From the NCBI GenBank assembly GCA_964270895.1, contig OZ185442.1: DNA of 64,000 bases, one strand, 5' to 3'. Below the pieces are notes generated by a model. The model did not search any database and was not told the DNA's origin. It saw only the letters and a program-made list of their open reading frames with translations. Numbering within the stretch: the stretch's first letter is position 1; every line of letters starts with the position of its first letter. Position numbers and translations under genes: made by a program. This DNA is from Podarcis filfolensis (lineage: Eukaryota). This document shows, one piece after another, positions 1 through 11,261 of the stretch.

Positions 1-544
1 TAAATCATCCCCTCCTCCCTCCCGTGGCTTGCCTATGTAAACGAGAGGCTTTACCACATCTCCAAACCCCAAGCAAAAGCCTTTTCAGCTTTTTCTTTTG
101 TTATTGCAGCAAGAGATCAAGAACAAACTCCTTCTTCACTGGGAAACAGCCTTTCCTGGTCTGCAGAAAAATGAAAAGGAAGGGCATTGTGTTGCCTTTG
201 AAAGGGGATTAAAATGTGAGCAGATCATGGGGAAATATAATCATTTCTATCTCTTTGCCAGATCTGAAAGGCCTTCCTTTTCTTGTCAATAATGCATTCA
301 ATCTTACTATCATTCTCACCAAACCAGTCCTGGTGTTTCCTGGTTTGGTATCCAATAGTTTGTTCACAGGCTGCAATAATGGATGCACTTAGCTTGGTTC
401 AGTGTTCCTCGATGTTATCAGGGAACTTCAAAAGCAGATGATCCTTAAGAGTCGTCTGGAAGCAATCCCACCTAATAGGATCTTGAAGGGCTTGAGTGTT
501 CATTTTGCACTTTGGTTTTCTTCCTTGAAGCCTGCGTTGAGGTA

Positions 545-777
545 CAGTGATACCTCTGGTTAAGAACTTAATTCGTTCCGGGGGTCCGTTCTTAACCTGA
601 AACTGTTCTTAACCTGAGATACCACTTTAGCTAATGGGGCTTCCTGCTGCCACTGCGCCGCCGCTGTGCGATTTCTGTTCTCATCCTGAAGCAAAGTTCT
701 TAACCCGAGGTACTGCTTCTGGGTTAGCGGAGTCTGTAACCCGAAGCGTCTGTAACCTGAAGCGTCTGTAACCACTG
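545..777. mobile_element. Tc1/mariner (Tigger-like) MITE, copy 1
   Basis: TA|CAGTGATACCTC at the left end, CCACTG|TA at the right (right TIR partly deleted). TA flanks both sides. Internal 16-bp unit GTCTGTAACCYGAAGC repeated about 2.6x. Homologous to 7400-7625 (opposite orientation) and 39496-39724. Confidence 0.85.
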
Positions 778-3605
778 TATAATATTGATTGCTGCTGGAG
801 GGCCACAGGTTCCCCACCCCTGGCCTAGAGATATGAATGTGGCGTTCTATGTAAGAGGGAACCTGTGAGGCTTACCCTGTTGCTCTCTGTGCAAGAGCAA
901 ATTGAAACCATGAACTCTGGGGCTCTTCGAGTAATTAATATTGCAAATGTTTCACAGCCTGGGCTTTGCTGGGGCTGGTAGTTGAGAGGGTGGAGGGGAG
1001 AGACCCGTTCCCTCATCGATCCTTGCCAGCGTTGACAGGAATGGACCAGTCATTAATAGGAACAGGATTCCTTTGGCTTCTGCTTTGTACCATGAAGCCC
1101 TGTCTGGAAAGGCTGGAAAAGGGCCAGGTGCTGTTTTACAACTAAAGGAAAAACAAATTATTTCATCAGGGACAAAAATCCTGCTTACCCTTTTAAGTTA
1201 CTGGGTACTGAAGGTTGGAGACGCTATAGCAAAGACTGGTCATGCCTTGGTTTCAGGTGTTTCTTTTCTCTCTTCTTCCTTTTCTTGGCTTTTAAGAAAC
1301 TTCTCTCTGAAGAGTTGTAAATGTAGCTGGATTTCTAGAAGAATAGGATATTCAAACCTATCCAGAAGCCAGGTGTGCTGCTCTGGATCCTCTCAATTTT
1401 TTTCTAAATTCCTCCTAAAAAAAATCACATTTTCCATGAAGCCTTGGGCTAAACCCCTAATTTCCCATGACCTGCTTACATTTTAATCCAAACCAGAAAA
1501 AAAAATTCGGAATTTGCCATGCTCAGTTCCTTAATGAGGCTAATGAAGCGCATATCCAGATTCAACGCTGGTGCCCTTCACTGGTGTTTACACTGGCAAG
1601 CTAACTTTCTGCAGGAGAGACTTTACTACAGAGGAGCATTTGAACCAGCACTCCATCATCCTTCACCCTGAAGTGGCACCACACAATCCCACATGTCTGG
1701 AAGACTTGCCTTTTCTGACAGAATCCATCATTCCTGAGAGTGTGGGAGGCTAGCCAAGGGGCAGCATGCATACACACATATACACACACTCAAGTTTTTT
1801 GTGGTTCCCCAAGAGATCCCAAAAGTTTGTTAATCTTTTAAAAAAGTAACTTAAAAAAAAAGTTTTTGTTTTGTCACTCCTATGTGTCTCCTGCTGGGCT
1901 GCCATGATACCAAAAAGTTGGTGGGTTGGTAGTTTGGGGTTTTTTTGTGTGGCCCAAAAGACCCCCCTCACTTTTTTTTCATTTTTAACTTTTTTTTAAA
2001 TAATTGACTGCTTATATATGTCCCCTGCTGTGATACTAGAATGCGTTTTTCTTGTGGGTCCCCAAGACCTCCTCAAATGTGTCCATTAAACATTTTTTAA
2101 AAAATATATACTATAACTGACCATTTTTGTGGGTCCCTTGCTGTGATTCTGTGATGCCATTTCCCCCCCCCCCAGCCACACCCACCACATTTCGGCCCAC
2201 TTTTATACCTTGACCGCACCCACTTTGACATGTTCCTCTATCTCAGAGATTCCAAAGAAATGTAGGAAATAATTGCAGTTTTGTAGACGCAGCGCATGGC
2301 TGATATTGCATGATGTTGTAACCTTGCTGCTGCCTAAGCAGCGCTAGGCCCTTGATGAACACTCCCAGAATCTTGGGTAACACTGCGTTGAGCAGAGTGA
2401 TGGAGAAAAAGGCAAGAGATTTAATTTAAATAATGATACCACCAGGAACTGATTTAATGCATTTTTCTACACCAATGTAAAAATGCACTTGACCCAATAC
2501 TGCTTCAGAGCTGGCCCAAGTTACAGCACCCTACATCTGAAGGAAGAGGGAGACTGGAAAGTTCAGAATTCCCCTTACTTCCCTCCCAGAATATACTGGA
2601 GAGCAAATAGCCACATTTAGAGCTGATTTCTAAGCCAGTCGAAAATATAGCATTTTCTCAAGAACAACCTGTTGTTGGTAGCTACAGTAGTTTGCAGATT
2701 AAAATCATAAAACTAACATGTCTAATTACAAAGGAAATCCCTGAATTGAACAGCTTGTTCTTTTAAGGAAAGGGTTGCCAGGGGGGAGAGGAAGGCAAGA
2801 ACAGAACTAGCAGCTGCTTTTGCTGACCTGGGCTTAGCTCCAGTTGGGTTGTCAGCTCTTTACCATTTTTTAAAAGAATGTTTCAAGAATACAGCAAATA
2901 GCAAGTACCAGGAGCACTTGCCAAAGTTGATTATATTTTCTGTCATTCTGTGCAAGCATGCAGGTGGGAGGCAAAAAACGTGCAGAATTCAGATACCTGA
3001 GAATCTCAAACTTCTAGTCCTTATAGTTTGACTACATGTCAGGTGAATCTCAGAAACTAAGGTACTGAATAACTGAGATTTCCCAGTAGTCTTGGGCAGG
3101 ATTTCAGTCCCATTTTATAAGAAGCAGAAGCATGCAAAATCTATGTGAAAATAAGCTTGATTTGTGTAATCACAAAATACCACATTTGATGGGCTCATTT
3201 TGTGTTACCTTCATGTAGAATCTTTATTTATACATGAATATGTGTGATTCTTCCCCCCAAAGAAAGCACATGGATGTAACTAATATACCATGTTACGGGT
3301 GCAATTCCACGTAACAGTGGGGAATACGTGCAGATAATCAGGCCCCTTTCACAATAGGACTTTTCTCCTTTTCTCCCCACCATGAGCACCCCTATTCTTG
3401 TTCTGGGGTTCCCCCAACCCTCCAGAGCAGATTTAGGGAGTGTGGGGGTGCATGGTGAGAGTGGCGGGGAAGTCCTGTTGTGCCAGCTGACCTTGTTTCA
3501 CGCATGCAGCAACCTAGTTGAATCTCACCTTGAATAACAAGCTCCAGAACCTCCATTATTTATTCTGTCTATGACTCCTCACCTTTGGGGAGATAGAGAC
3601 AGATT

Positions 3606-4245
3606 AGTCTATATCAAGGTGGGGAAACTGAAGCCCTGGGCCTCTTTATCTGGTCCCCAGAACTCTCCACAAGCCACATTCCTTGTTGGCCTTTGCTTCG
3701 CTCCTGGAGTATTTTTGCCTGGCTGGAACGATAATGCCTTTTGCTTGCTTGCTTGGATGGATGGAGCATAGAGAAGGCTGTGTTGTGTGTGAAGAAACTA
3801 ACCTGCTGCACAAAGTTAACATTTATGCTTGTTGCTCTAATCACTTTTGCCTCTGGATCTGCTCATCAGTGGCATATGGCCCTCAAGATCAGGATTTATC
3901 TTTCCTGGGCCAGATTGGTCCTGCGGAGATCCCTCTGTTGGCCAGATTGTGCACACACATGAGCACGCCTGCACGCCCGCCCGCGATTTTCTGTGTTTGC
4001 ACATGTGCAGACGTGATTTTCTGTGTCTGCGCAGACGTGATTTTCGGGGTCTGTGCATGTGCAGACATGGTTTCCGGCGCAGCGGAAGTGAGTCCCCGTG
4101 CCGCGGTTCAAGGGTGGCTCGTGGGCCGATCAAACGACCTCGATGGGTTGCTTCTGGCCCATGGGCCTTAGGTTGCTCAAGGTGGTTGACCAGAAGGAAA
4201 AACAGCCCTCTGGCTGAAAAAATGTCTCCCCGCCAGTGCAAAATA
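3606..4245 (+). mobile_element. hAT-Charlie-like non-autonomous element (family A), interrupted by a younger insert
   Basis: Starts ...GGTGGGGAAACT. The body GAGTATTTTTGCCTGGCTGGAA...GATAATGCC...TGCTTGC..GGATGGA..ATAGAGA is shared with copies at ~11265, ~24830 and ~49590. Boundaries approximate. Confidence 0.65.
3890..4175. mobile_element. CpG-rich hAT-like MITE nested in family A
   Basis: Flanked by the near-duplicate 8-mers CTCAAGAT (3882-3889) and CTCAAGGT (4176-4183). Starts CAGG, ends GGCCCATGGGCCTTAGGTTG. Internal TGTGCAGACGTGATTTTC repeats. Confidence 0.65.
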
Positions 4246-4326
4246 GAACAGTCCACTTTAAAATAGGAGACATGGTCATCCTAGTTTTGGTAGTGGGAGG
4301 TCCAAAAACTCTGCCACACCTCATCT

Positions 4327-4740
4327 TAAGTAATAGTAACCCTTGCCCTCCCCAATACTAATGGAATTTGAACACACACAGAGAGAGAGAGAGAGAGTCA
4401 GTGAAAATGTCCCATCCAAGTTGCCTAAGGAAGGAAATGGTAGGGAGGAGGAGAGAGACAATATATCCACCACCACCTCTTAAATAATAGTAACTCCCCT
4501 CACAACAAAAGTATGGATGGAATTCAAAAACTATCTTTAAAGTCAGTGAAATTACCCTCACCCCACTTTTGCAAGGAAAAAAAGTCACAGGGTGTATGAC
4601 GAAACCTCTGTCACCTCATCATAAATCATAGAAACCCCTGTGCACTGTGCATACACACAAAAGTATGGCTAGAATTTAAAGTCCCCAAAAGTTGATGGAA
4701 ATACACCCCATCCCAATTTTGTGGTACACAAATATTCGAG
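4327..4740. repeat. Degenerate ~153-bp tandem trimer containing a (GA)n tract
   Basis: AATAGTAAC at 4332 and 4486 (154 apart). CAAAAGTATGG at 4506 and 4658 (152 apart). GTCAGTGAAA recurs. Confidence 0.6.
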
Positions 4741-4984
4741 ATTTCTTGTTAGACTTCTTAAAATGACTTAGCAGTTCCAATTCTACCCAGCAGAAGGCAC
4801 TGCTGAGCACACCAAGTTCAAAGACTTTGTGAATACTTGAAAGAAAAACCCAGAAAACACAGTGAAAATTCAGGGAGTCATATATTAATTAAAATATTTA
4901 TAGCATGCCCTTCTGGCACAAACACTAAGGACTCTTATTAAAAGGGGGAAAAAGTTTTTGCAACTTAAAACTACAAAAATTAAG

Positions 4985-5292
4985 TTGGTCCTGAAAATAT
5001 ATGTAATTATATGCAATTGTACCTAATATTCACGTTTTCGCAAAACAAAATGTCCCTAATATAATGCATTTTTGCATGTTATTTTCATTAATATATGCAT
5101 TTATGTGCATGTTTCACCCTATTGTGTGTATCTTTTGACACATTTCTGGGCTGGAGAACTGCACTGCAAAATTTAGATAAGTGTGAGTTTTGAAGGATTG
5201 CTGTATTTGGGTTTGCATATTGTTTTGGGAACTGTGAATCCGGTAACTTTGCCTTTAAATGTGAATTGAATCAAAGTGCTCCTCCATCGCTA
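4985..5292 (-). mobile_element. AT-rich interspersed repeat (probable non-autonomous DNA transposon), copy 1
   Basis: The reverse complement begins TAGCGATGGAGGAG...GATTCAATTCACATTT and matches 7790-8195 and 16327-16820 (shared CCTTCAAAA.T.GCACTT.TCC/TAAATTTTGCAGTGCAGTTCT block). Confidence 0.7.
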
Positions 5293-5894
5293 ACCTCTGC
5301 CCATCCACAGCACAAAGGGGGTTTGGATTGCTCTGTTGGTCTGCCCTTCTCATGCAAAGGAAACCAAAGCTGGCAGAGCTACCTCACTGGAGTAGGGGGA
5401 AGCATGCAGTGATATTTTTAAAACTTTGGACATTTTACTTGAGGTCAGACAAATCTGAAATCGCTCTTCAGTATCATCCAAACTTGCAAGGCACTCAACA
5501 TTTCTTTATACTGAAAAATATTAAACCAGCTCCACTCTTGGGAATCTTGTTTTTCTTCCCTGGTGGAGCTCCCTGGAAAATGACTCCATAAAACGAAACA
5601 CCAGCTGTTCAGAATATAGTAAGATATATATATTTATTTATTTTTCCTTGCAACTAATTTATTGCACACCATTTCTACAGAGTTGGAGCTGCAAAGTTTG
5701 CTTGTGTTCTGACACCCTTGTTCACACAGAAAAGCAATTCTATAATAGATAGCCTTTGTCTGGCCTTCTGGATATGTATGTGGATTAAAAACTCCACACA
5801 AAACTGGGGCAATTATGGGCTGCAATTATGGGTGGGCAGTTATAAATGTAGTCATAAGTGTATTCATTTTTTCCTCCAGGAAGCGTGGGGCAAA

Positions 5895-6012
5895 ATGTGT
5901 GACAGTAATCTTCACAACAATCTAGTAAGGTAAGTTAAGTTTATGTCCACCAGGAAGCTTCATGGCTGAGCAGGGATTGGAACTCGGTACCCCTCCAGTC
6001 CAAGTGCAGCAC
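5895..6012 (-). mobile_element. Decayed tRNA-head MIR-like SINE fragment
   Basis: CTTCACAACAATCTAGTAAGGTAAG...GGCTGAGCAGGGATTGGAACTCGG; resembles the better copies at 26747 and 44312. Confidence 0.5.
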
Positions 6013-6107
6013 AGCCGTACTTTCAGGGCAGGGCTTGAGTGCAGAAATTCTTGTCCCCACCCAGCAGCCCTTCCAATACCAAATGGTTGACTTACTGTGT
6101 TTTGAAA

Positions 6108-6440
6108 TAACAACAACAACAACTTATTTATTTATGCCCCGCCCATCTGGGTGGGTTTCCCCAGCCACTCTGGGGGGCTCCCAACAGAATATTAAAAACA
6201 TGATAAAACATCAAACATTAAAAACTTCCCTGAACAGGGCTGCCTTCAGATGTCTTCTAAAAGTCAGATAGTTGTTTATTTCCTTGACATCTGACAGGAG
6301 GGCATTCCACAGGGCGGGTGCCACTACCGAGAAGGCCCTCTGCCTGGTTCCCTATTACCTCACCTCTCACAGTGATGAAAGCGCCAGAAGGCCCTCAGAG
6401 CTGGACCTCAGTGTCTGGGCTGAAAGATGTGGGTGGAGAC
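6108..6440 (-). mobile_element. L2 LINE 3' end
   Basis: (AAC)n/TTTA tail followed by CCGCCCATCTGG...CCAGCCACTCTGGG..GCTCCCAAC, the reverse complement of the lizard L2 3' UTR; continues into the end of ORF2. Confidence 0.85.
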
Positions 6441-6699
6441 GTATAATGGTAAACTAGTATACTGGCACTCTTATAATGTGGCTGTGACCTAAATGAAACA
6501 TTACACAATGCTGTTGAAAGAGCCCTGCCATGACCACTGCCACTGGAAGACTATTGAATCCAGAGTCTAAAATGATCTAACTGCACCACCCCCAGGCAAC
6601 CCCAGGAAAAGTGATGGAAAGGGCTACAGAAGTTGTCTTCTGGTCAAATCTAGAGATTGGTGGTGTGTGCACCCAGCTTGCTAATTGTGGGCTGAAAGC

Positions 6700-7697
6700 C
6701 CACAATGTTCAGAGAGCGGTTGCACTCCCCCCTGAAGGAATGGTTTTCTACTCTGGGAGCACTCCTGGATTCTAACTTGTCACTGGAGTCTCAGGTGGCT
6801 TCTGTGAGTACAAGTGCTTATGTCCAGCTTAGACTGTTCTTGGGCTGGGATAGCCTGGCCTCAGTTTTCCATGTTCTGGCGACCTCCTGTCTGCACTACT
6901 GTAATGTGCTGTATGTGGTGCTGCCCTTGAAGATGGTCTGGAGGCTTCAGGGAGTATAGAATGCATCTGATAGCCTGGTAAGTCGGGCAGCCTGATGGGA
7001 GCATGTGTGATGGCTGCCAGTGAACTACAGGACTCAAATCAAGGTGTTTTTGCTAGCATGCCAAGCCCTAAATCACTTGAGATCCAAGCACCTTCTCCAG
7101 TATCTTAGACCCTGTGACCAGCAGAGGACGACTTGTTGATGGTGCTGCCATTTGGGGATGCCTGGTTGGTGCTGACCCATAACAGCATAGCATAACATAA
7201 GATCTCCCCATTTGTGGAATGTCCTCCCTCATTATTAAACCCCAGGAGGAATTTAAAAACATTCCTGTTTACCCAGGCATTTGATGACGGAGAGATAAGG
7301 TTCTTGGCAACCCTAAAATAATTGGCTGAGAGAGAAGGTGATTGTTTTAAAACAATTTTTAGAACTTTTAAAAGAGTTTTAATGATACGGTTTTAATTAC
7401 AGTAGTACCTTGGGTTACATACGCTTCAGGTTACAGACTCTGCTAACCCAGAAATAGTACCTCGGGTTAAGAACTTTGCTTCAGGATGAGAACAGAAATC
7501 GTGCTCTGGCGGTGTGGCAGCTGTGGGAGGCCCCATTAGTTAAAGTGGTGCTTCAGGTTAAGAACAGTTTCAGGTTAAGTATGGACCTCTGGAACGAATT
7601 AATTACTTCACCCGAGGTACCACTGTATATGCTTGCTGTCCTGGGCAACTTCAGAAGGAAGCATAGGGTAGAATTAACAACAACAAGAACAACAACT
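6700..7697 (+). mobile_element. L2 LINE 3' fragment (decayed ORF2 C-terminus plus 3' UTR), split by a Tigger-like MITE
   Basis: Translation LGALLDSNLSLESQVASV...LATSCLHYCNVLY..LPLK..LQ matches the L2 pattern LGVLLD..L.....V....SRLDYCN.LY.GLP. The 3' UTR resumes after 7627 and ends in (AAC)n. Confidence 0.85.
7400..7625. mobile_element. Tigger-like MITE, copy 2
   Basis: TA|CAGTAGTACCTTGGGT...ACCCGAGGTACCACTG|TA: both TIRs present with TA TSD; inserted in the L2 3' UTR. Confidence 0.9.
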
Positions 7698-7789
7698 CTT
7701 CAAGCTCTCTCAGTTTCTCATTTTTCCAGTCTTATGTCTAGTTCTCCTCATTTCCACATCAGTTTGCCATTTTAAAAAAAAGTCCTCAT

Positions 7790-8195
7790 GAGCCAAGCAA
7801 TTCACACTTTCCAAACTGATACTTGAACCAAAACACAACCATCCTTTGAAATTTGCGCTTCTCCAAATGTTACCGTGCATTTGTCCAGCAAAGTAATGTA
7901 TATGATACACATATACAAAACGAAAGTGTGCCAATAACTGCATATATTAGTGAAAATAACATGCATTACGGAAATATAAATGTTAGGAAATATGCTTTGC
8001 AAATTTTCAAAAAACGTGTATATTAGGAGAAATTATTGCTAAAACACTGGTGAATTTTCATGAAAAGTTTTTACTAAAATGCAGATGAATCTTCAGAATA
8101 ACTTTGAAAAATCACAAACTGATGTGGAAATGTGATAACTGAACTTAATGCTGGAAAAATGAGCAATGGTGAGAAACTGAAATTGACATATAGTG
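7790..8195 (+). mobile_element. AT-rich interspersed repeat, copy 2
   Basis: Shares CCATCCTTTGAAATTTGCGCTTCTCCAAAT..., GCATATATTAGTG and GAAATGTG..AACTG with 16327-16820. Confidence 0.7.
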
Positions 8196-10179
8196 AGCCT
8201 GCAACTTGTGTGCATTTAACTTGTACACATACAGCTTTACGCGCTTGACATTTTTCCCACGGAAAAAAAGATATTGACACCCAATGTGTTTTGATGATAC
8301 ACAATTTTGTCTTTAAGGGTGGTGCCCTCATAAACTGAAGGCTTGCTGTATTTGCCCATCACTAGCCCCACCATGCTGCCTGTTATTGCCTTTTGCACCT
8401 GGAAACAGAGCAGGAGCTGGTACTGATGCATACTGAATTGCCTGACAGCCTGGGAGAGCTAGAACAGTCTGTCTTGAATCCAGAGCCTCTGTTCTTAAGC
8501 CAGAATCAGATTTGCTAGCAGGAAGTTTATGGGTGGGTGGATAGGGTTCCCCTGGGCATGTGATGAATTTTACAATATGCCAGTAAGTGGATTTATTTCC
8601 AGTCATGCCGTCTGTCAGTAGACAAAATGAGACATCCAGCAAAAGTCTTGCTGTCCCTAGAGGCTGCCTTTGAGGAACTCTGGAAATGTGCCAGAACCAT
8701 GTTAATATATCTAGCTTTCCAAAAGAACATTGCAACCCCCCCCCCCATCTACCTATTGCCTGCCTCCCCACTTCCCGCCCCATCTTTCCCCAAAGAAGTG
8801 AAGACACATGTCTTGAAATGATGTGTGTTCCCTCAGAGTCAACTCCTTTCTACCCAAGTGGCCCTTCAAGGCTAGTGACTGGTTTGAATTAAGTAAAATT
8901 AGTCAAGCAGAGAGAAAGGGAGGACATGTTTTTCCAGCTTACTTGATACACCCCTCCTTTTTCAGCTTACTTCAGTTCAGACATCTCTCTTTTATGAGGA
9001 ACCTGTGGTTTCCACCTTCTCCATTTGCACACACTGAAGCTTCAGTCCGGACATGGAATTGCCAAGGTGATGTCTCTGTCCCTCTCTTTTAAAGGCATCC
9101 GTTGCATATAGCATATAGTACAGACATCCAATACTGGTTTCACACCGCCCACCTGCGCCTAGGTATGTCAGAAGGCATTATTTTACATACCACCCTGTAT
9201 TTACTGCGTGCATCACTGTTTCCATTCCACTGCAGTTTGTCTATTGCCAAAAACCATGTTATTCATCTCACTGTCTGCTGTGGTGAAATTTAGTAAATTA
9301 TGTAATTAATTATATAAATTTCATTGTCATTTTGTCTTCCACTCCATTCATTTCAAAGAAAACTCAATGCAAATTGTGTTGGGGAGGGAGACACACATGA
9401 CCAATTACGAATTGTTTGTGTACTGACAGCAACAAAAGTGAATACCAATTGTATTCACTGGGTTCATTTCCATTCTGATCGTGGGACGAATAAGCAAAGA
9501 TTGCCAATTCCCGCTTCTGTTTTTGTCAGAATTCTCCAACATCCCTACCTGCATATATTCAAAAAGTAACTTTATACAAGGCTCAATAGGAACATTACAG
9601 AAAATATTTTTATTTCATTACAGCCATGTTCATACTCGCAAGTACTTGGGTTTAGTAGATGTGCCCTGCTTTTTAACTAATTTTTTTTTACTGAGGATGG
9701 CTTTGGATGTTGTGAGATGCAGGGGACAGAAAGTGTGAATCATTTACATTTCCTTTTCTCAGTATTTATTTTTGATGCCTGAATTTGAACCCCACACATC
9801 CGTGCACTTGAGGGCTCATAGCTCAGTGACACACCTCATGCTTTGCATGCAAAAGCTCCCAAATTAAAACCCTGTCAGGAACAGCTCAGCAGGTGGGGCA
9901 GAGCCACTAAGTTAGCTTTCTGGGAGGTGCATTGCTGTTGCCAACTGGGAGGGACAAGGCTGTGGGGGAGTCAGCACAGTGTCAATGTGCTGGATTGGCT
10001 TCAGTAGAGAATTTGCACCACACCAACCTCACATTGCCCCTCTTTCTCTCAGCATGAGCCCACCTGCCAGTATGCTAGCAAAGTGGCTCTGTCCCACTTG
10101 TCAAGACCCTTCTGGTTCCTGGCACCCCCATTTAAAGGCTGGAGAAGACCTATGCCTAAGCCCCTGGAGTAGTTGGGAT

Positions 10180-10325
10180 AGACTGGGGACGAGGAACTGG
10201 GGGCCCTTCAGATGTTGTTGGACTCCAATTCCTATGAATCCTAGGCATCAACGCCAATGGTAAGGGATTATCAGAAATGTAGTTCAATGGGATCCAGAGG
10301 CCACCACCCTGGTTGTCCCTGACTT
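10180..10325. mobile_element. Palindromic hAT-Charlie-like MITE (family B), decayed
   Basis: GGCCCTTCAGATGTTGTTGGACTCCAA...GTAGTTCAA...TCCAGAGGCCAC: self-complementary family motif seen many times in the window. Confidence 0.65.
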
Positions 10326-10687
10326 AGGTGGACCAATGGCCTAATTATAGGGCAGTTTCATAGTGTATCCTGCACCAGCATTCTCCTTCTGCCTGATCCC
10401 TGTCCTGCCCTCACAATTCAACCTGGATTGGGGAAGTGGGGTGGCGGACTGAATCTGGAATCTAAATGGCCCCTCCTCTCCCTCAACACTGTGAGAATGC
10501 TCTTACTGGGAGTGGCAGTGTATTTTCAGCTGGTTGAATAGTTTCATTCCTCTCCGTTTTATTGCATCGTGGTTTGGTGATTTATGTGAATTAGCAATCA
10601 GTTTAGTGGTTTAGTGATTTAGTGATCAGTTCTTGAGTTGTCACCCTGGAGCGTGATCAAGAGACAACAACCAGCAACTGGCAAAAC

Positions 10688-10761
<74 letters not shown>
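10688..10761. repeat. Compound microsatellite (CT)n(CA)n(GA)n
   Basis: Read directly from the sequence. Confidence 0.95.
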
Positions 10762-10767
<6 letters not shown>

Positions 10768-11261
10768 AGGGTGTTTATTTAATATATATGGGGAGACATG
10801 CTAAAATATATGCTCCTGGGTGACCTTGGAGACTCTAACCTTAATACATAAGCTTGTTGTGATGATATAATGGGGTAACTCCTTGTGTGCTGCTCTAAGC
10901 TCCTTGAAAAAAAGGGTATGATAGAAATGTCAATAATGTATGGCATCTTCCAAAGTCTGTAAGAGCCTCTCAACAACTTATGTTGACAAAGTACCAATAT
11001 TTATTTTAAGGGCAACATTTCAAAGGACGAAAAATCCTAAAGTAAGAACAAAGATTTCAGCACAATCTTCTGTCCAAGCCAGAAAACACAAGCTTGGGGT
11101 TTTAACATTTCTTTCTTCTTGCCAAAAAATGACAATTAAGTGACTTAAATTATTTTTAATGCTCACAAATTTCTTTTGCATTCCAAATGGTTTCCCATGG
11201 GAAAAAATGGCTGAAAACTTGCTGGCTGGGCGACAAATCTGAAGAGCTTGTTCCGATGTCA

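Noticed and set aside
3683-4266. Cluster of 139-162 aa overlapping ORFs
   Set aside because: They lie on a GC-rich MITE with internal tandem repeats (CADVIF repeats); stop-poor composition, no transposase motifs.
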